A stretch of 63,122 bases of DNA, filler included, from Bigelowiella natans CCMP2755 (lineage: Eukaryota > Protista > Cercozoa): NCBI GenBank assembly GCA_000320545.1. It is 8 parts of 8 records of this genome, joined end to end, with 100 filler letters (N's around TTAATTAATTAA, not from the genome) between each part and the next. Parts side by side here need not be neighbours in the genome. Positions count along the whole stretch, not along the records: positions 1 to 13,303 come from ADNK01002006.1; positions 13,404 to 18,907 come from ADNK01000852.1; positions 19,008 to 31,700 come from ADNK01000937.1; 5 more parts are not named here. One strand, written 5' to 3'. The notes beneath the pieces are model-generated. The model made no database searches and was not told where the DNA came from. It worked only from the letters and a program-made list of their open reading frames with translations. The translations under genes were made by a program, and so were the position numbers. Of this stretch, positions 10,744 through 23,863 are shown piece after piece (within the stretch, counting starts at the first letter, position 1; each line of letters starts with the position of its first letter).

Positions 10744-12045
10744 TTAGTTTTCTTCGTTTTCATTCAAAACGACGCGGTTATGACCGGCTTGTCTATCTCC
10801 CTGATCCCTTGCCACAACCGCAAAACGTGGGGGAATGTCAAACCTTTTCAGGAGCAAAAGACAGTGAGGCAGTAAGAAGGAAGTAAATTACGGAATACTG
10901 CAGAAAAGTTGGAGGGAGGGGAGGGGGGGCGGAGAATATGCAGGTACCCAAGCTCCTCTAGCCTTAGTTGCCGGTCAGGTCGATTCTTGATGAAAGTTCC
11001 AAGGTACTTCACTTTGTGCAGCTGCAAAGAGTGGGGGAAGTGAGGGAGGGAGAAGAGGGAGGATGAAAAATGTTTGTGTGCGCGCGCGCGCGCGCGTGCA
11101 TGTGTGCGTCCCGTGTCGAAAACACACAACATCATCGGGCGACAAGGATCACCTTCTCTCCCAGAGCAAATCCTCTTAGAGCCTCAGGCCATCTATCATC
11201 TGAGTCGTGTGGTACCACGAAAGATCTCTGGACTTTTGAGCTCCCATACATATCCTGCTCGGAGGAAGGGGGGGGGGGTTGAGGGGTATAGTATTTTAAC
11301 GAAAACATCAATACACCTCTATCTGCCATTGCAGTGTCAGTGTCAGTCCCATTCCCTGACCCTAGCGACATCCCAACTTAGCTAACCCCCCCCTCTCTTC
11401 TTCCCCCCCCCACGCGCGCCGCTGCTGTTTACATTATATATCTTGAGGGCGAGGAGTGTGTCGTTGAAGATCGAATCTCGAAGGCTCCAAGAAAACCCTT
11501 GCAGACAGAAGATACCATGCAGCAACACATCACCACCGCCATTCTTCGCGTGTTGGTGAAGAAGAGGAGGGAGGGGAAGGGGGGGACGGGGCGGGGGGGG
11601 CGAGCCGCAAGCAGCACCTAAATCCTGTAGCTTTTGTTTCATCTCCCGCGACATATTGCGTCTCTGACCGCGGAGTCGATGCACCTTTTGGCCAAGCCGA
11701 ACAACGTCCTTCTGCCCAAACTGCGCCATAATATCCTCCCACGCGCTGTCGCTCGAAGCAGCGGTGAAACCTCGAGGAACCTTTTTTCAGAGAGAGGGCA
11801 AGGGAAAAGCAGGAGGGGGGGGGGCGGTGGCATGAGCGTCCCTCTTCAGACGAAATTGTGCAAGATTAAGAAACGGCGCGACAGAATTGACAGATGATCG
11901 ATCCCCAAGTGAAAGCACACCGATATCATCGGCGTGAGCAGGCCTCTCGTGCGCTGCCCAAAGATGCAAACCCTCGTGTTGGGGAACCAACCAACCACAA
12001 GAGCAATCAACGTTATTCAGAGCTGGCCGTCTTCTTTACATAGAC

Positions 12046-12128
<83 letters not shown>

Positions 12129-13133
12129 TTTATATTGCGTGTCTCCACTAGCACCCACGATGCTCGTTACATTGCAATGGCCGTGGAGAGACTTGAAGTG
12201 AGCGATGTACGCCACGAGCTTTTCCGCCTCGATTTGCCTCGGATTGAAGACGAAACCGATTCTCTCGAGCTCCTGCGCAGAGAACGACGACGTGGCAGCA
12301 TGCAGCAGCAGCAGCAGCGGTGAAGGACGTTGGGAAAAAGAGTAAGAATGAGAAGAGGGAGGAGAGGGAGCCACCGAGGAGGCAGAATATACATAACGTG
12401 TAGAAAGCACAGAGGCAATAGGAAAGCAATAGGCCTCTTCTTGCGCTACTGCGGCACAGTAACACGGCTGCCTCGAGGTAGGAGGACCAAACTGCCATAG
12501 AGGAGACCAGTCTACTGCCAAAACAACTATAGTATATAATATACTCAATTCTCCTCCGCGAAACGACGCAAGCATGTTCAGCCTCAGCCAAAAACAAAAC
12601 AGAAACAAAAAAAAAACCCTAAAAAACAAGCGGAGGAGGAAGAGGAGGAGGAGGGGGAAAGCATATCTCGCAAACGAAGAATGAACGAACGGACTTGTTT
12701 TCTTCTAGGATTGTCCTTAATCCATATCTTGGAGGTGCGGAGAGAGCGAGTGCGGTCACCAAGAGGAAGCCCCCACACGGATCTGGGCCATCGAGCATCG
12801 TCGTTGGGTACTACAAAATTCTGCCTCACCTATGCACAACGTGAGGATGTGTGATTTCCAACAAAAACAGCAAAAGGCGGGACGTGACAGTGTGTATCTT
12901 ATAAAAGGTCGGTTTGCTTGTGGTGGGGAGGTTTCTCCAAAGTGCTGACGGTTTCTCGGATCCCATGGCAGCGTGTTATTATATGTTACACATATAAATA
13001 TATGGCATACTTTAAGCGTATGCGGCAGTTTTTATGAAGGAAAGTCTGGAAACAGTGCCGAATGTCATCATCATCATCGTCCTCTTCTTCTTCTTCTTCT
13101 TCTTCTTCTTCTGCTCCTCTCTCTTCTTATATG

Positions 13134-13179
<46 letters not shown>

Positions 13180-13246
13180 CAAGGAGATTCCCGTATATCG
13201 AGCGATACACCTCCAGCGCTTTGACCAGCTGCCGAAACCGATGTAC
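10744..13246 (-). CDS. Helicase-associated (HA)-like repeat protein, 5' end lost in gap
   Basis: Spliced exons give repeated units: ALEVYRSIYGNLL|VRQNFVVPNDDARWPRSVWGLPLG...ELERIGFVF; AHFKSLHGHCNVP...RLGQKVHRLR...KLQDLG|FSW; LALKIY|DMYGSSKVQRSFVVPHDSDDRWPEALRGFALG...LEELG|FD. Confidence 0.7.
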
Positions 13247-13303
13247 CTGCCCAATATGCTCGCCATTAATATCAAGAGGACGAGGGAGAACGGGGGGGTT
13301 GGT

Positions 13304-13403
13304 NNNNNNNNNNNNNNNNNNNNNNNNNNNNNNNNNNNNNNNNNNNNTTAATTAATTAANNNNNNNNNNNNNNNNNNNNNNNNNNNNNNNNNNNNNNNNN
13401 NNN
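13304..13403. other. Artificial contig spacer
   Basis: 44 N + TTAATTAATTAA (stops in all six frames) + 44 N. Confidence 0.97.
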
Positions 13404-13662
13404 CCCCACACAACACACAAACAGATCCACCACACCCTTCTCCCACCTACTAAACCCACACACCCCCGCCCCCCCCCCCCCATCCTTTTCCCCCCCCACT
13501 TTCCAAACTGAACCCTCCGCCCTACTGAACAAGAATCACGCAATCGATACGATTACTCCTCCTCCCCCCCCGACGCCGGCGGGGGGCGCCCGCGATAGAA
13601 GCGTGGATGTACATCTTCCCCTGAATGTGCTTCCCTCTCCATCATCATCATCATCGTCGTCG

Positions 13663-13700
<38 letters not shown>

Positions 13701-13718
13701 ATCATCCGTCGCTTGCAG

Positions 13719-13804
13719 ATTCTGTCCGATCTCGTGGAGAATAGTCTGGACTGTGGGGTCAAGCTTTGGTGCGTAGTACTTAATAGATGATGATGGCTGA
13801 GATG

Positions 13805-13840
<36 letters not shown>

Positions 13841-14482
13841 GTCATGCTGGTGAGTGCGTGGCAATATGTTGTGTCACGTCTCATCATCATCATCATCATC
13901 ACCATTGTCATCATTATTACTCTCAGGGCGTTGTGCTTGATAAACTCAATAGTAAACTCAAAAGGTGCTTCTTCCTGGGAGGGAGGGAGGAGGGGAGAGA
14001 AGGAGAGGAAGGAGAAAAAAGATGATGAATCTGCATTCATTTCTCACTCCGTGCGTTTGCGTTTGTGCGTGCGGCATGGTGGCAGAACAACTGGAGGATC
14101 GAGTGGCGATTCGTCGGTAATGAAAAGATGGAAATAAGCGACAAAAACGCATGCATAGCCCGGTTCCTCACAATGGCTCTACTACGTGCAGCTTTGCATC
14201 ATTTAACAATTATAAGCGCATCCATCCGCCAGGACATGCATGTTGATGTAGACGAAGAGCTCACGCTCTCCGTATTTTTATTTATTTCCAGACTGTTCCT
14301 AGACCAGAACATCGAGGTGGTGTTGGACAAGATGGACATCGCAGCTGTCGAGAAAGAGGAGTAATATATAATAGAATACGACGACGACGAAACCCTGATC
14401 TGATCTCCCATCTTCCCCGCTGCTACCTCCTTGCTTCCTCTTGTTTTTCATCTTTTGGCACGATGTTCAGTGTGTATGAAAC

Positions 14483-14537
<55 letters not shown>

Positions 14538-14552
14538 ATGTCTCACGGTGTT

Positions 14553-14592
<40 letters not shown>

Positions 14593-15076
14593 ACCACATT
14601 ACCCACTACGTGCAGGCTGGAGATCTCCGCCCCGTTGAAGAACCAAATTGCATTATTCCACGAGGCTCATAAAGAAGGTCCAGGATTAGACAAACACACA
14701 CACACACACAGAGGGAGAGAGAGAGAGAGAGAGAGATCAGAGACATCTGTGCATCACGGCGTTGGTGGTTATATGTGCAATGCGTATTAATTCATTCTTT
14801 GTTACCGGGTCTGCTGGTATGCAACGATTGATGTGGTTTCTATTATTTCTTACTCTTTTCCTTCTTCATCATCATCTTCTTCTTCTCGTTGTTGCTCCAT
14901 CCGTCATCAGATCGTCTGGAAACAACGCGCTTGCAGACGGATCTTTCCGACCCCATCGACGTGATGCGGTACTACTAACAATACCACAGCAAAGCTCCTT
15001 GACATCGTTATCATTCAAGTGTTTTTAGAGCGTATTGTAGTCGTCCTTCATATAGCTTCTGTTCCATAGTGAAAGC

Positions 15077-15123
<47 letters not shown>

Positions 15124-15367
15124 TCCCTCCCCCCTTCCCTCCTCGTGCGTATGTGTGTGTTGCTGTCGTGTTTTGACATGCTCATACCCGCGCTTCTGTC
15201 GTGTTTTGACATGCTCATACCCGCGCTTTTTTCACAACGCACTGCTTCGACCTTCTACTTCTTGCTGCTCCTGCTCCTACCGCAATATATGTGAATAGCG
15301 CCGTCTACTCAACCGCATCGGATCAGGGGTACTTCATACGCATCATCATCGATTTCCTCGCAAACGG

Positions 15368-15404
<37 letters not shown>

Positions 15405-15443
15405 AATATTTTATAGAGCGAGAGAGATTACTGAGAAAAAAAG

Positions 15444-15478
<35 letters not shown>

Positions 15479-15662
15479 GTGATGGCGACAGTGATAAGGT
15501 GCCCACCCTAGGAATAACTGTGTGTGTTGTTTGTGTTGTTTGTGTTGTGACCGTGTTGGTGGTCATGACGCCGAGAGCAGGTGCGGGCATCTGTTGCTCT
15601 CCTCCCTCCATACCATGCTGCTGCTCCCTTCATCGGTATGATGACGACGAAGAGAGAAAGCA

Positions 15663-15704
<42 letters not shown>

Positions 15705-15904
15705 CATAGTTTGATGTCGCTGCTTTGCTAGATATAGTATGTCCGGAAAAGGATGACTTTGCGGTGGCACCCTCATCGGCTTCTGCCGTCATCATCATCA
15801 TCATCATCATCAACAACATCAACATGAAGTAATATATATAAATGAAAGGGGGACGGCGAAGTCGTATGGCAAAGGCTGGATTGGTTTCTACACAGGCTTA
15901 CGGT

Positions 15905-15947
<43 letters not shown>

Positions 15948-16182
15948 CGCAACGAATCCTTAATACCGTTAATTTATTACTTATTCTTCAACATGCTCAC
16001 ACTCGGAATGAATCATTCGAGTAACAATCAATACGCTGCCCTCCCATTCCCCTCCCGCTCGCACACCTCCACACATACACACATAAACACACATATGCTA
16101 CTATATGTATTTTGCGTATCTCTACAGAAACGAACCCGGGAAAAGATGGAAGGGAAGGAAAGCAAGCAGGGTACTGACTTTG

Positions 16183-16217
<35 letters not shown>

Positions 16218-16461
16218 AACAATGTTTTTTATTACATAGACTTCCTCCTCCTCCTCCTCCTCCTCCTCCTCCTCCTCTTCTTCCTCCTCCCCCCTCTCCT
16301 CGTCGATGATCAGGGCTCGATTTCCTCCAGATGTCTTATAAGGAGCTCGGAGAAAAGATAGGTGTTAAATGAATGAAGACGAATGACGATTATTGGGGAG
16401 AAGCAGAGAATGAATGCGAGATTATGTCCCTCCCTCCCTCCCTCCCTCCCTCCCTCCTCCT

Positions 16462-16521
<60 letters not shown>

Positions 16522-17605
16522 TGCGCGTGGATGCTCGGTGTTCCTCTGCTAACTACCTGTGAAATTGATGTGACACTGCTGCTGCTGCTGCTGCTGTGGC
16601 TAAAGAATTGCAAGCGTCGCAGGACGTCAAGTGGAAGTCCAACGAGCTTCGTCGTCTTCACGTACGTTGTGCAGAGTGAACCTCAATGCCATCATCATCA
16701 TCATCATCATCCTCCTCATCATCATCATCATAAATGCCGATGCATTGTTTATAAATTGTATCATGGTCAGGATCAAATCAACGAGTTGGAGGAGAAGCTT
16801 GCCAACGCCCCGTCTTCTTCTTCCTCCCTTCAGCACCATCAATCACTCGTACCCCCCCCTCCTGGAGCCGCAGGAGGAGGAGGAGCAGCAGGACCTGGTA
16901 TCCCCCCTCCACCCAGCGCTGCAGGTATGAAAGAACAACGACGAGTGACGGGCTTTATCGTCTTCTTCGTCGTCACCACCATCGTTGCAGCACAATGTCA
17001 ATTTCCTTCGTTCTAATGTTAGGGATCATCCCTCCCCCACCTGGCGCGGGGATTCCTCCGCCCCCCGGCGCCTCCGGCATAATCCCCCCCCCCCCACGAT
17101 GGGAGGAGGCATCCCACCCCCCCCTGGTAGTTCCGTAGCGTGGAAGCCGATGGCACCCGATCATGATTGGTGATAATTACTCTAATGATTCTTGCTGTGT
17201 ACTTCCAAGGTATGAGCAGTGGAATTCCGCCCCCTCCGGGAGGCCTTGGTGGTATCCCCCCCCCACCAGGTGGCTTAGGAGGGCTACCGCCCCCTCCTTC
17301 CATGGGCGGGGTACCACGAGCTGCCGCTGCACCGCCCAAGAAGCCGCAGTGCCCTGCGAAGAAGAAGGTGAGGAGAGAGTGACTAACGCGTTTTTGTTCT
17401 GGTGTCTTAGTTTCTTCTGCCTTCGTCATCAGCTCAAGCCGCATGCGAAGATGAAGCCGCTGCACTGGGCGAAGCTTACGAATGAGGTAGTGTAGTGGTA
17501 GTGGTAGTGGTAGTGGTAGAGTACTTAATGCCACCATTTAGGCCCGTGATTAGGGTGTGTAGGGAGGAGGCACACAAACACAGAGAGAGATAGACAGAGA
17601 GAGAC

Positions 17606-17643
<38 letters not shown>

Positions 17644-18435
17644 GTTGATGATGAGGCTGATATAGAGAGCAACCAATCACCTTCCTCCTCCCTCCTCCCT
17701 CCCCCCCCTTTACTTTCTCTAGGCTGCCTACGACACCGTGTGGAAGGAACTAGGGTCAGACGACGACGCCCTTCTCGACGGCCTGGACCTCATCTTCATC
17801 GAGGAATCGTTCGGCGAAACTGACAAGAGCAAGAAGAAGAAGAAGAAGGGCGACGACGATAACAGCACCAGGGATAAGAGGTCCCCCTCCTCCTCCTCCT
17901 CCTCCTCCTCCTCGAAGAAGAAAAAGGCCAAGAAGGTGGCCGTGGAGCTGGTAGACTCCAAGCGCCGACAGGCTGTGGATATTGCGCTCAAGGGCGTGAA
18001 GCTGTCTGGGGAGCAGGCGAAGGCGGCTATGCTTCAGATGGACACGGTACTACTAATACTACAACTACTACAACAACTAGAACAACTACTAGTATCTGAC
18101 ATACTACACTTACTGTCTTATGTGGTTAACCTCCCCCCCCCCCCCCTTTCTTTCCCCATGCACGCAACGACGTCATGATGATGCCCTCATTTTCGGCGTT
18201 TTCCTCGCTCAGAAAGCGCTCCCCCCCGAGAAGCTTTCTCTTCTGATGAAGGCATGCCCAACCTCGGCAGACATGGATCTACTCAAGACGTACGATGCCC
18301 TGCTGTTGCTATTTTCGTTCGCTTATCATCCACAGCAGCAGCAGCAGCAATACAGTACGATTGCGTGTGCATAGTATATATGACTGGTGTTGTTCGTCAA
18401 CGTGCACCAACAATAAGTGTTTTATATGTGTTTCG

Positions 18436-18489
<54 letters not shown>

Positions 18490-18705
18490 TTCAATCCTTA
18501 GATACACTGGCCCCACCACAGAGCTGGCAGGCGCGGAACGGTTTATGAGGGTGGTGTCCATCGTTCCGAATCTACAGGTAGCAGTAGTAAGTAGTAGTCG
18601 TCGTCGCCGTAGCAGTAGTAGTAGCAGCGCAATATAGCGCATAGGTAACGAAGATGTGTGATCCCAGCGATGTGTCTGGTGTGCTCCAGAACTTGCCAAT
18701 CACCT

Positions 18706-18742
<37 letters not shown>

Positions 18743-18829
18743 GTTTGTGTTTTATCCATCTTTAGCCTCGACTGCAGCTGTGGGCGTTCAAGACCCAATT
18801 CGAAGAGCAATACGAGAAAATCCACGAAG
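13719..18829 (+). CDS. Formin (FH3-FH1-FH2), partial at both ends
   Basis: FH3-like exons ALCLINSIVNSK and LKNQIALFHEAHKE|DRLETTRLQTDLSDP. Polyproline FH1 exons at 16770-17360. FH2: KMKPLHWAKL...TVWKEL...LVDSKRRQAVDIALK...CPT...AERFM...PRLQLWAFKTQF. Stops at the gap mid-FH2. Confidence 0.93.
15163..15228 (+). repeat. Perfect 33-bp tandem duplication in formin intron
   Basis: ctgtcgtgttttgacatgctcatacccgcgctt x2. Confidence 0.9.
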
Positions 18830-18907
18830 GTAGGAGGGGGCACCGGAATGAGGGGGGGGGGGGGGAGATAAATGGGGTTCTTATATAATTTTAGGGGGGA
18901 GCGGAAA

Positions 18908-19007
18908 NNNNNNNNNNNNNNNNNNNNNNNNNNNNNNNNNNNNNNNNNNNNTTAATTAATTAANNNNNNNNNNNNNNNNNNNNNNNNNNNNNNNNNNNNN
19001 NNNNNNN
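18908..19007. other. Artificial contig spacer
   Basis: 44 N + TTAATTAATTAA + 44 N. Confidence 0.97.
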
Positions 19008-19040
19008 CATCATTCGTCGGGGGGGGGAGCGTTGCGGCAG

Positions 19041-19654
19041 AGGACCTCTTCGATATGAGCGTCTTCTTCGATCCAGGGGTGCCGCAAGAGACGCCACAAG
19101 CAAAGGTGTGGTGGTGGAGGGGGGGGGGGGGTTGGGGGGGGGGGGAATGGGTGGGGAAATAAAAAAAAAAAAAAAAAAAAAATGGTTTTGAACAGCTTTT
19201 TTATTATCATCTCCATATTCATCCTCTTCCCCCTCATCTTCCCCCCCCCTCCCCCACCTTTACTACCTCCATTACTACTAATACTACTAATCCCCCCCCC
19301 CACCTCACAACCTCGTAGCCTGGCGGCGCACAAGACCCGCGAGCAGCAGCAGCAGCAGCGTGGTCAGACAAAGACCGAGAAAAACACCGGCGGACACACA
19401 GTAACGTGGTGAAGGAGATGGTAGAGACGGAGAGAACCTACTTGAAAGGGTAATCAGGGCCATTTCACACAATATCCACGGCTTTAATCGGAAGACGATG
19501 ATACTATGAATGAACCGATCTTAAGTGTCCCATTTTTCATCCTCCTCCTCCTACTCCTCCTTCTCTGCCATTGTGTGATGTTGTGTAGCTTGGAAAAGCT
19601 GATATCGTTCTTCGTCTATCCCCTGCAAGGACAGAACTTTGATCCGGTGTGTGA

Positions 19655-19716
<62 letters not shown>

Positions 19717-20851
19717 TTCTAATGTGTCTTCCTTGGTGTTGCTGACTTTCTCCTCCTCCTCCTCCTCCTCCTCCTCCTCCTCCTCCTCCTCAATCGATCC
19801 GCTAATTTATGATATGGCAGGCATTGTTAGATCGTCCCCGAGCAGGATCCGACATCCAAGCTCCCAGCCCAAGGCCCTCCAGTGATAGTAAGAAATCGGT
19901 TATAACTGCCCTTGTGGTGGTGGTGGTGGTGGTGGTGGTGGTGGTGGTGGTGAGGTGGAGGACGAGGGGGAGGGGGAGGACGCAGGAGGAGGAGCCGCCT
20001 CAAAGCCAAATCGCGCGCCGTGTGAGAGGGAGGGAGAGAGAGATGGATGCAGTGGAAACGTTTATAGTCTTATAAAAGCCTAAGGTTGTTTATGGTGTTG
20101 CTGATTTGCTCAGAGCCGTCGCCATTCTGTAGCAGCAGCTGCAGTCCCTCCTGCCCACGGAAAGTCAGAGTCCAAGATGACCAGCTTTGAGAGCGCCAAG
20201 GTGTTGTTGTTGTTGTTGTTGTTGTTGTTGATTATTATTCTTCCAAGCATACATGTTTTTACACACACACGTACACACGCACACACACACACACGCACAC
20301 ACACACACACCTCTACACCCACGCAGACGCGCACTTACGCGTGGGTACACATTTCGCACCGACACGTCTCTTCACCATCATCCTCATTATCGCCATCATC
20401 ACTCAAACCGCCCAATCAGCACAAAGCGGTCATCGATCGGAGCGAGGCCCAGAAGATCTTCTCCAACGTCGAGTTGATCTACCGACTGAACAAGGCAACG
20501 ACTATGCGCGGATGATGATGATGATGATGATGAGGATGATGACGATGACGATGATGATGATGATAATGTGTCAAACGACGAGCGATGCGAGATCATACTG
20601 CAGGGTTGTATTTAGAGCGCGATGTGTGCGTGTGCGTACGTGTGTATTACTACCATGATTTAGTTATGCATTATAAAAGAGGATTAGGAGAAATATATGC
20701 GTATGGGAGAGTCTTTCTCCTAACCCAGCATCATCATCACTAATGCCGTCATCATCCCCAGCTTCACCACCACCACCGTCGTCGCATTCGTCCTCATTAC
20801 TGATTACTGCAACAACTAACTATTAACCACCACTTCTACCGCTACTACTAT

Positions 20852-20887
<36 letters not shown>

Positions 20888-21900
20888 CACAGAGATTCCT
20901 CGATAGTTTGGTGAACTCGAAGAACGTCAACCAAGTCTTCAACAAAATGGCTCAGTAATGTGCTAACAACAAAAATCAACCAATCAATCGAATGCAGTGA
21001 TGGCAACTAGGCAAACATCCATCGGTGTTCTCACCTAGACTTTCGCCAGCAAAAATACATCGATTTGCCTCACGATTTTCGGCAAGCTGCTAATCGTGCA
21101 TCATCCCGGCCGTTTGTTGCGATGTTATGACGTTTTGTTACTGTTCCCAAGGTTCTTCAAAATGTACACGCCGTACATCCAAAACCATAACAACGCGACG
21201 GAGCAGCTGAAGAGCCTAACGTGCGTATTTCTTAGCTACCGTCGTCATCATCGTCATCATCGTCATCGTCATCATCGTCGTCATCACCTCCCATACCCCC
21301 CCCCATCGTCATCATCGTCATCATCGTCATCATCATCATCGTCGTCATCACCTCCCATACCACCCCCCCCCCCCCTCTTCGCAGCAAAGCTCGGAGGTCC
21401 TTTCGAAACGCGAAAGAAAAGTGCGAGAAAGAGGCCGGCGTCCCCCTCGCCTCGCTGCTGATCCTGCCAATCCAGCGAATCCCACGCTACGAGCTCCTCC
21501 TTGGCGGCCTGATAAAGAGCACTCACCCTTCCGACGGCTCCTACCAAGATCTCCACCGAGCGCTGGACCTCATCAAGAGCGTGGCCGTGCACATCAACCA
21601 GAGCATCCATGCGCGCGAAGATGCGAAGAAGCTGCAGGAGATCCAGTCGCTCTTCCACGGAAACGTAATTTGTCATTGGAGACGCTCTCTCTCTCTCTGT
21701 GTGTGTGTGTGTGTAATTGATTGATTGGTTGATTGCGACGACGTTTGATTCGCTTCGGCGGAGGCCGTATTAGGGGTGGGGGGTGGGTCGGTCAATCGAT
21801 TGTGCGCCCTCCCACCAATCCCATAACGTGCGTGTGTTCCGATGATGAATCGTGGTATATTCAATACATGATGGAGATAGTGATAGTGGGAATGCTGATG

Positions 21901-21936
<36 letters not shown>

Positions 21937-23827
21937 CTGACGCGCTACACTAGGCGGAACTTGTTGCTCCGCATAGGAAATTCATCATGCGACAACGGAT
22001 GAAAAAGGTAGACCCTACTACCTAGCAGCGCCGTGATAGATATCATCGCGTGTCCGATACCACCGTTTAAAAAACAGCAGAGCGAACGACGAACATGCTA
22101 AAAATAATGGCCAGATGATTGCTCTCTTCTTGGCTTTGTAGTAGTAGTAGTAGCTCCATCGTCGCCTTCGTCGTTGTTATCATCATCGTCGTCATCGCCG
22201 TCAGAGAGCTGTAGCTTCGCTGTTTGCGTTCCCTTATAACAGCAGCTGTTGTTGTTGTTGTTGTTGTTATTGTTGTTGTTGTTGTTTGTTTGTGATTGCT
22301 GGATCGGGACTGTGATTCTTCCAAGATGACGAAGTCCGGTCGGCTCGAAGACCGAGAGTTCTTTTTGTTCACGGATATGCTCGCATATGGCTCGGATGAC
22401 ACCATGTTCAGCGACAAGTTTAGGTCAGAAAAGAAATCGATAGTCAACGGCTATCGAGGGGTGAGAGGAGGAGGAGAGGCAGAGGAAATGATGCAAATGG
22501 AATTTTGTCATTCGTGTTTTCAGTACTAATCACCTCCCTCCTCTCTCTGTCAATACCCATCCCATCTCTGTATTCCCTTATATATAGGTTGCGGCAAAAG
22601 ATGAAGATCGACAAGTCTTTCCTGGTCACCGAAGTCCAGCGATTAGGGTGAGGCTAGCAGCTGCTCCCACCATCCCTCCCCTCCCCTCCTTCTTCCTTCT
22701 CGCTCAATTCTAGATTTGTTACGTCATCTTAAATGACTGATGGTTTATATCCTCATTTCCTTCTCCATCCCCCCCCCCCCCCCTCCCCTTCCTCGGCATA
22801 TCAGCCCCGAAGATCACTTGCTGTACGTGTCCTCAGCAGTGAAGAACATCACCATCTTCTTTGAGCATGAGGTGCTGCCGGTGCAGATTGTGCGGCGTTT
22901 TTTCCTCTTGATGTTTTTGCTATTCGCACGCCGTTATGGCCGCCGTCTTCCCAGCGACGTCGGCAAGAGGCTGTTTTTGCGACAGCTTGGATTGCGTGGC
23001 TATTCATTTCTTTTGGCGATTCGTTCGAATGCCGCTGCCGCAGATACATGTTCCCCACATAGTCATCGTCATCATCATCATCATCATCATCATCGTCGTC
23101 GTCGTCGTCATCATCAACACCAACAAGAACAAAACCATCGTCCGTATCAGGCCGATAAAAACAAGTGGAAGTCAGCTCTGACCAAATGCATGGAAGAACG
23201 CCGCAAGAAGATCGGGTGAGCCAGAAGAGGGGCGATTCTCACCTCCTAATCGACATTTTTGCCATATGAGGGGGCTTGAATGTGATTATACCTTCACATA
23301 CGCGTGAGCCTCTGGGAAACTGTTTTTCCTTGTTCAGATATAGCGTTGCATGCATCGGTGGTAGTGCTTGCCACTCTCCCGTTGTCTTATTCACAATCCT
23401 ATGATCATCATCCTCATCATCATCGTCATCATCTTTAATAGATACAACTACGATCGACGAGGCTCGTTGTACATTCGCCAATCGAACAATCCATCCAAGT
23501 CGCACGTGGTGAGAAAGATAGAAATAATGGGAGGGGGTAGAGGGGAGAATAGTACTCTAGAATCTAAAAATATAATCTAGCATTTATAAAATTGCATCAA
23601 TATTTGGAAGTTTTGAGGAACATTCTCGGCCTGGAACCGCTCCTCTTCCTCTCCACTTTCTTGATGATCATTTGACCACCTCATTCATATCCACAGCCGC
23701 GGGCAGACATCGGCCCAGCTTTCACGTCATTTAGCTATGGCTCCGCTGCCGAGGAGGACGCGAAGGTCGGAACCCAAACCCCACAGAGAGCAAACGATGG
23801 GCTTCGCGCGCGGATCTCAATCGAAAT

Positions 23828-23863
<36 letters not shown>

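Noticed and set aside
13348-13359. TTAATTAATTAA palindrome recurring seven times
   Set aside because: Always centred in exactly 44+44 N. It is a six-frame-stop linker added when contigs were joined, not biology.
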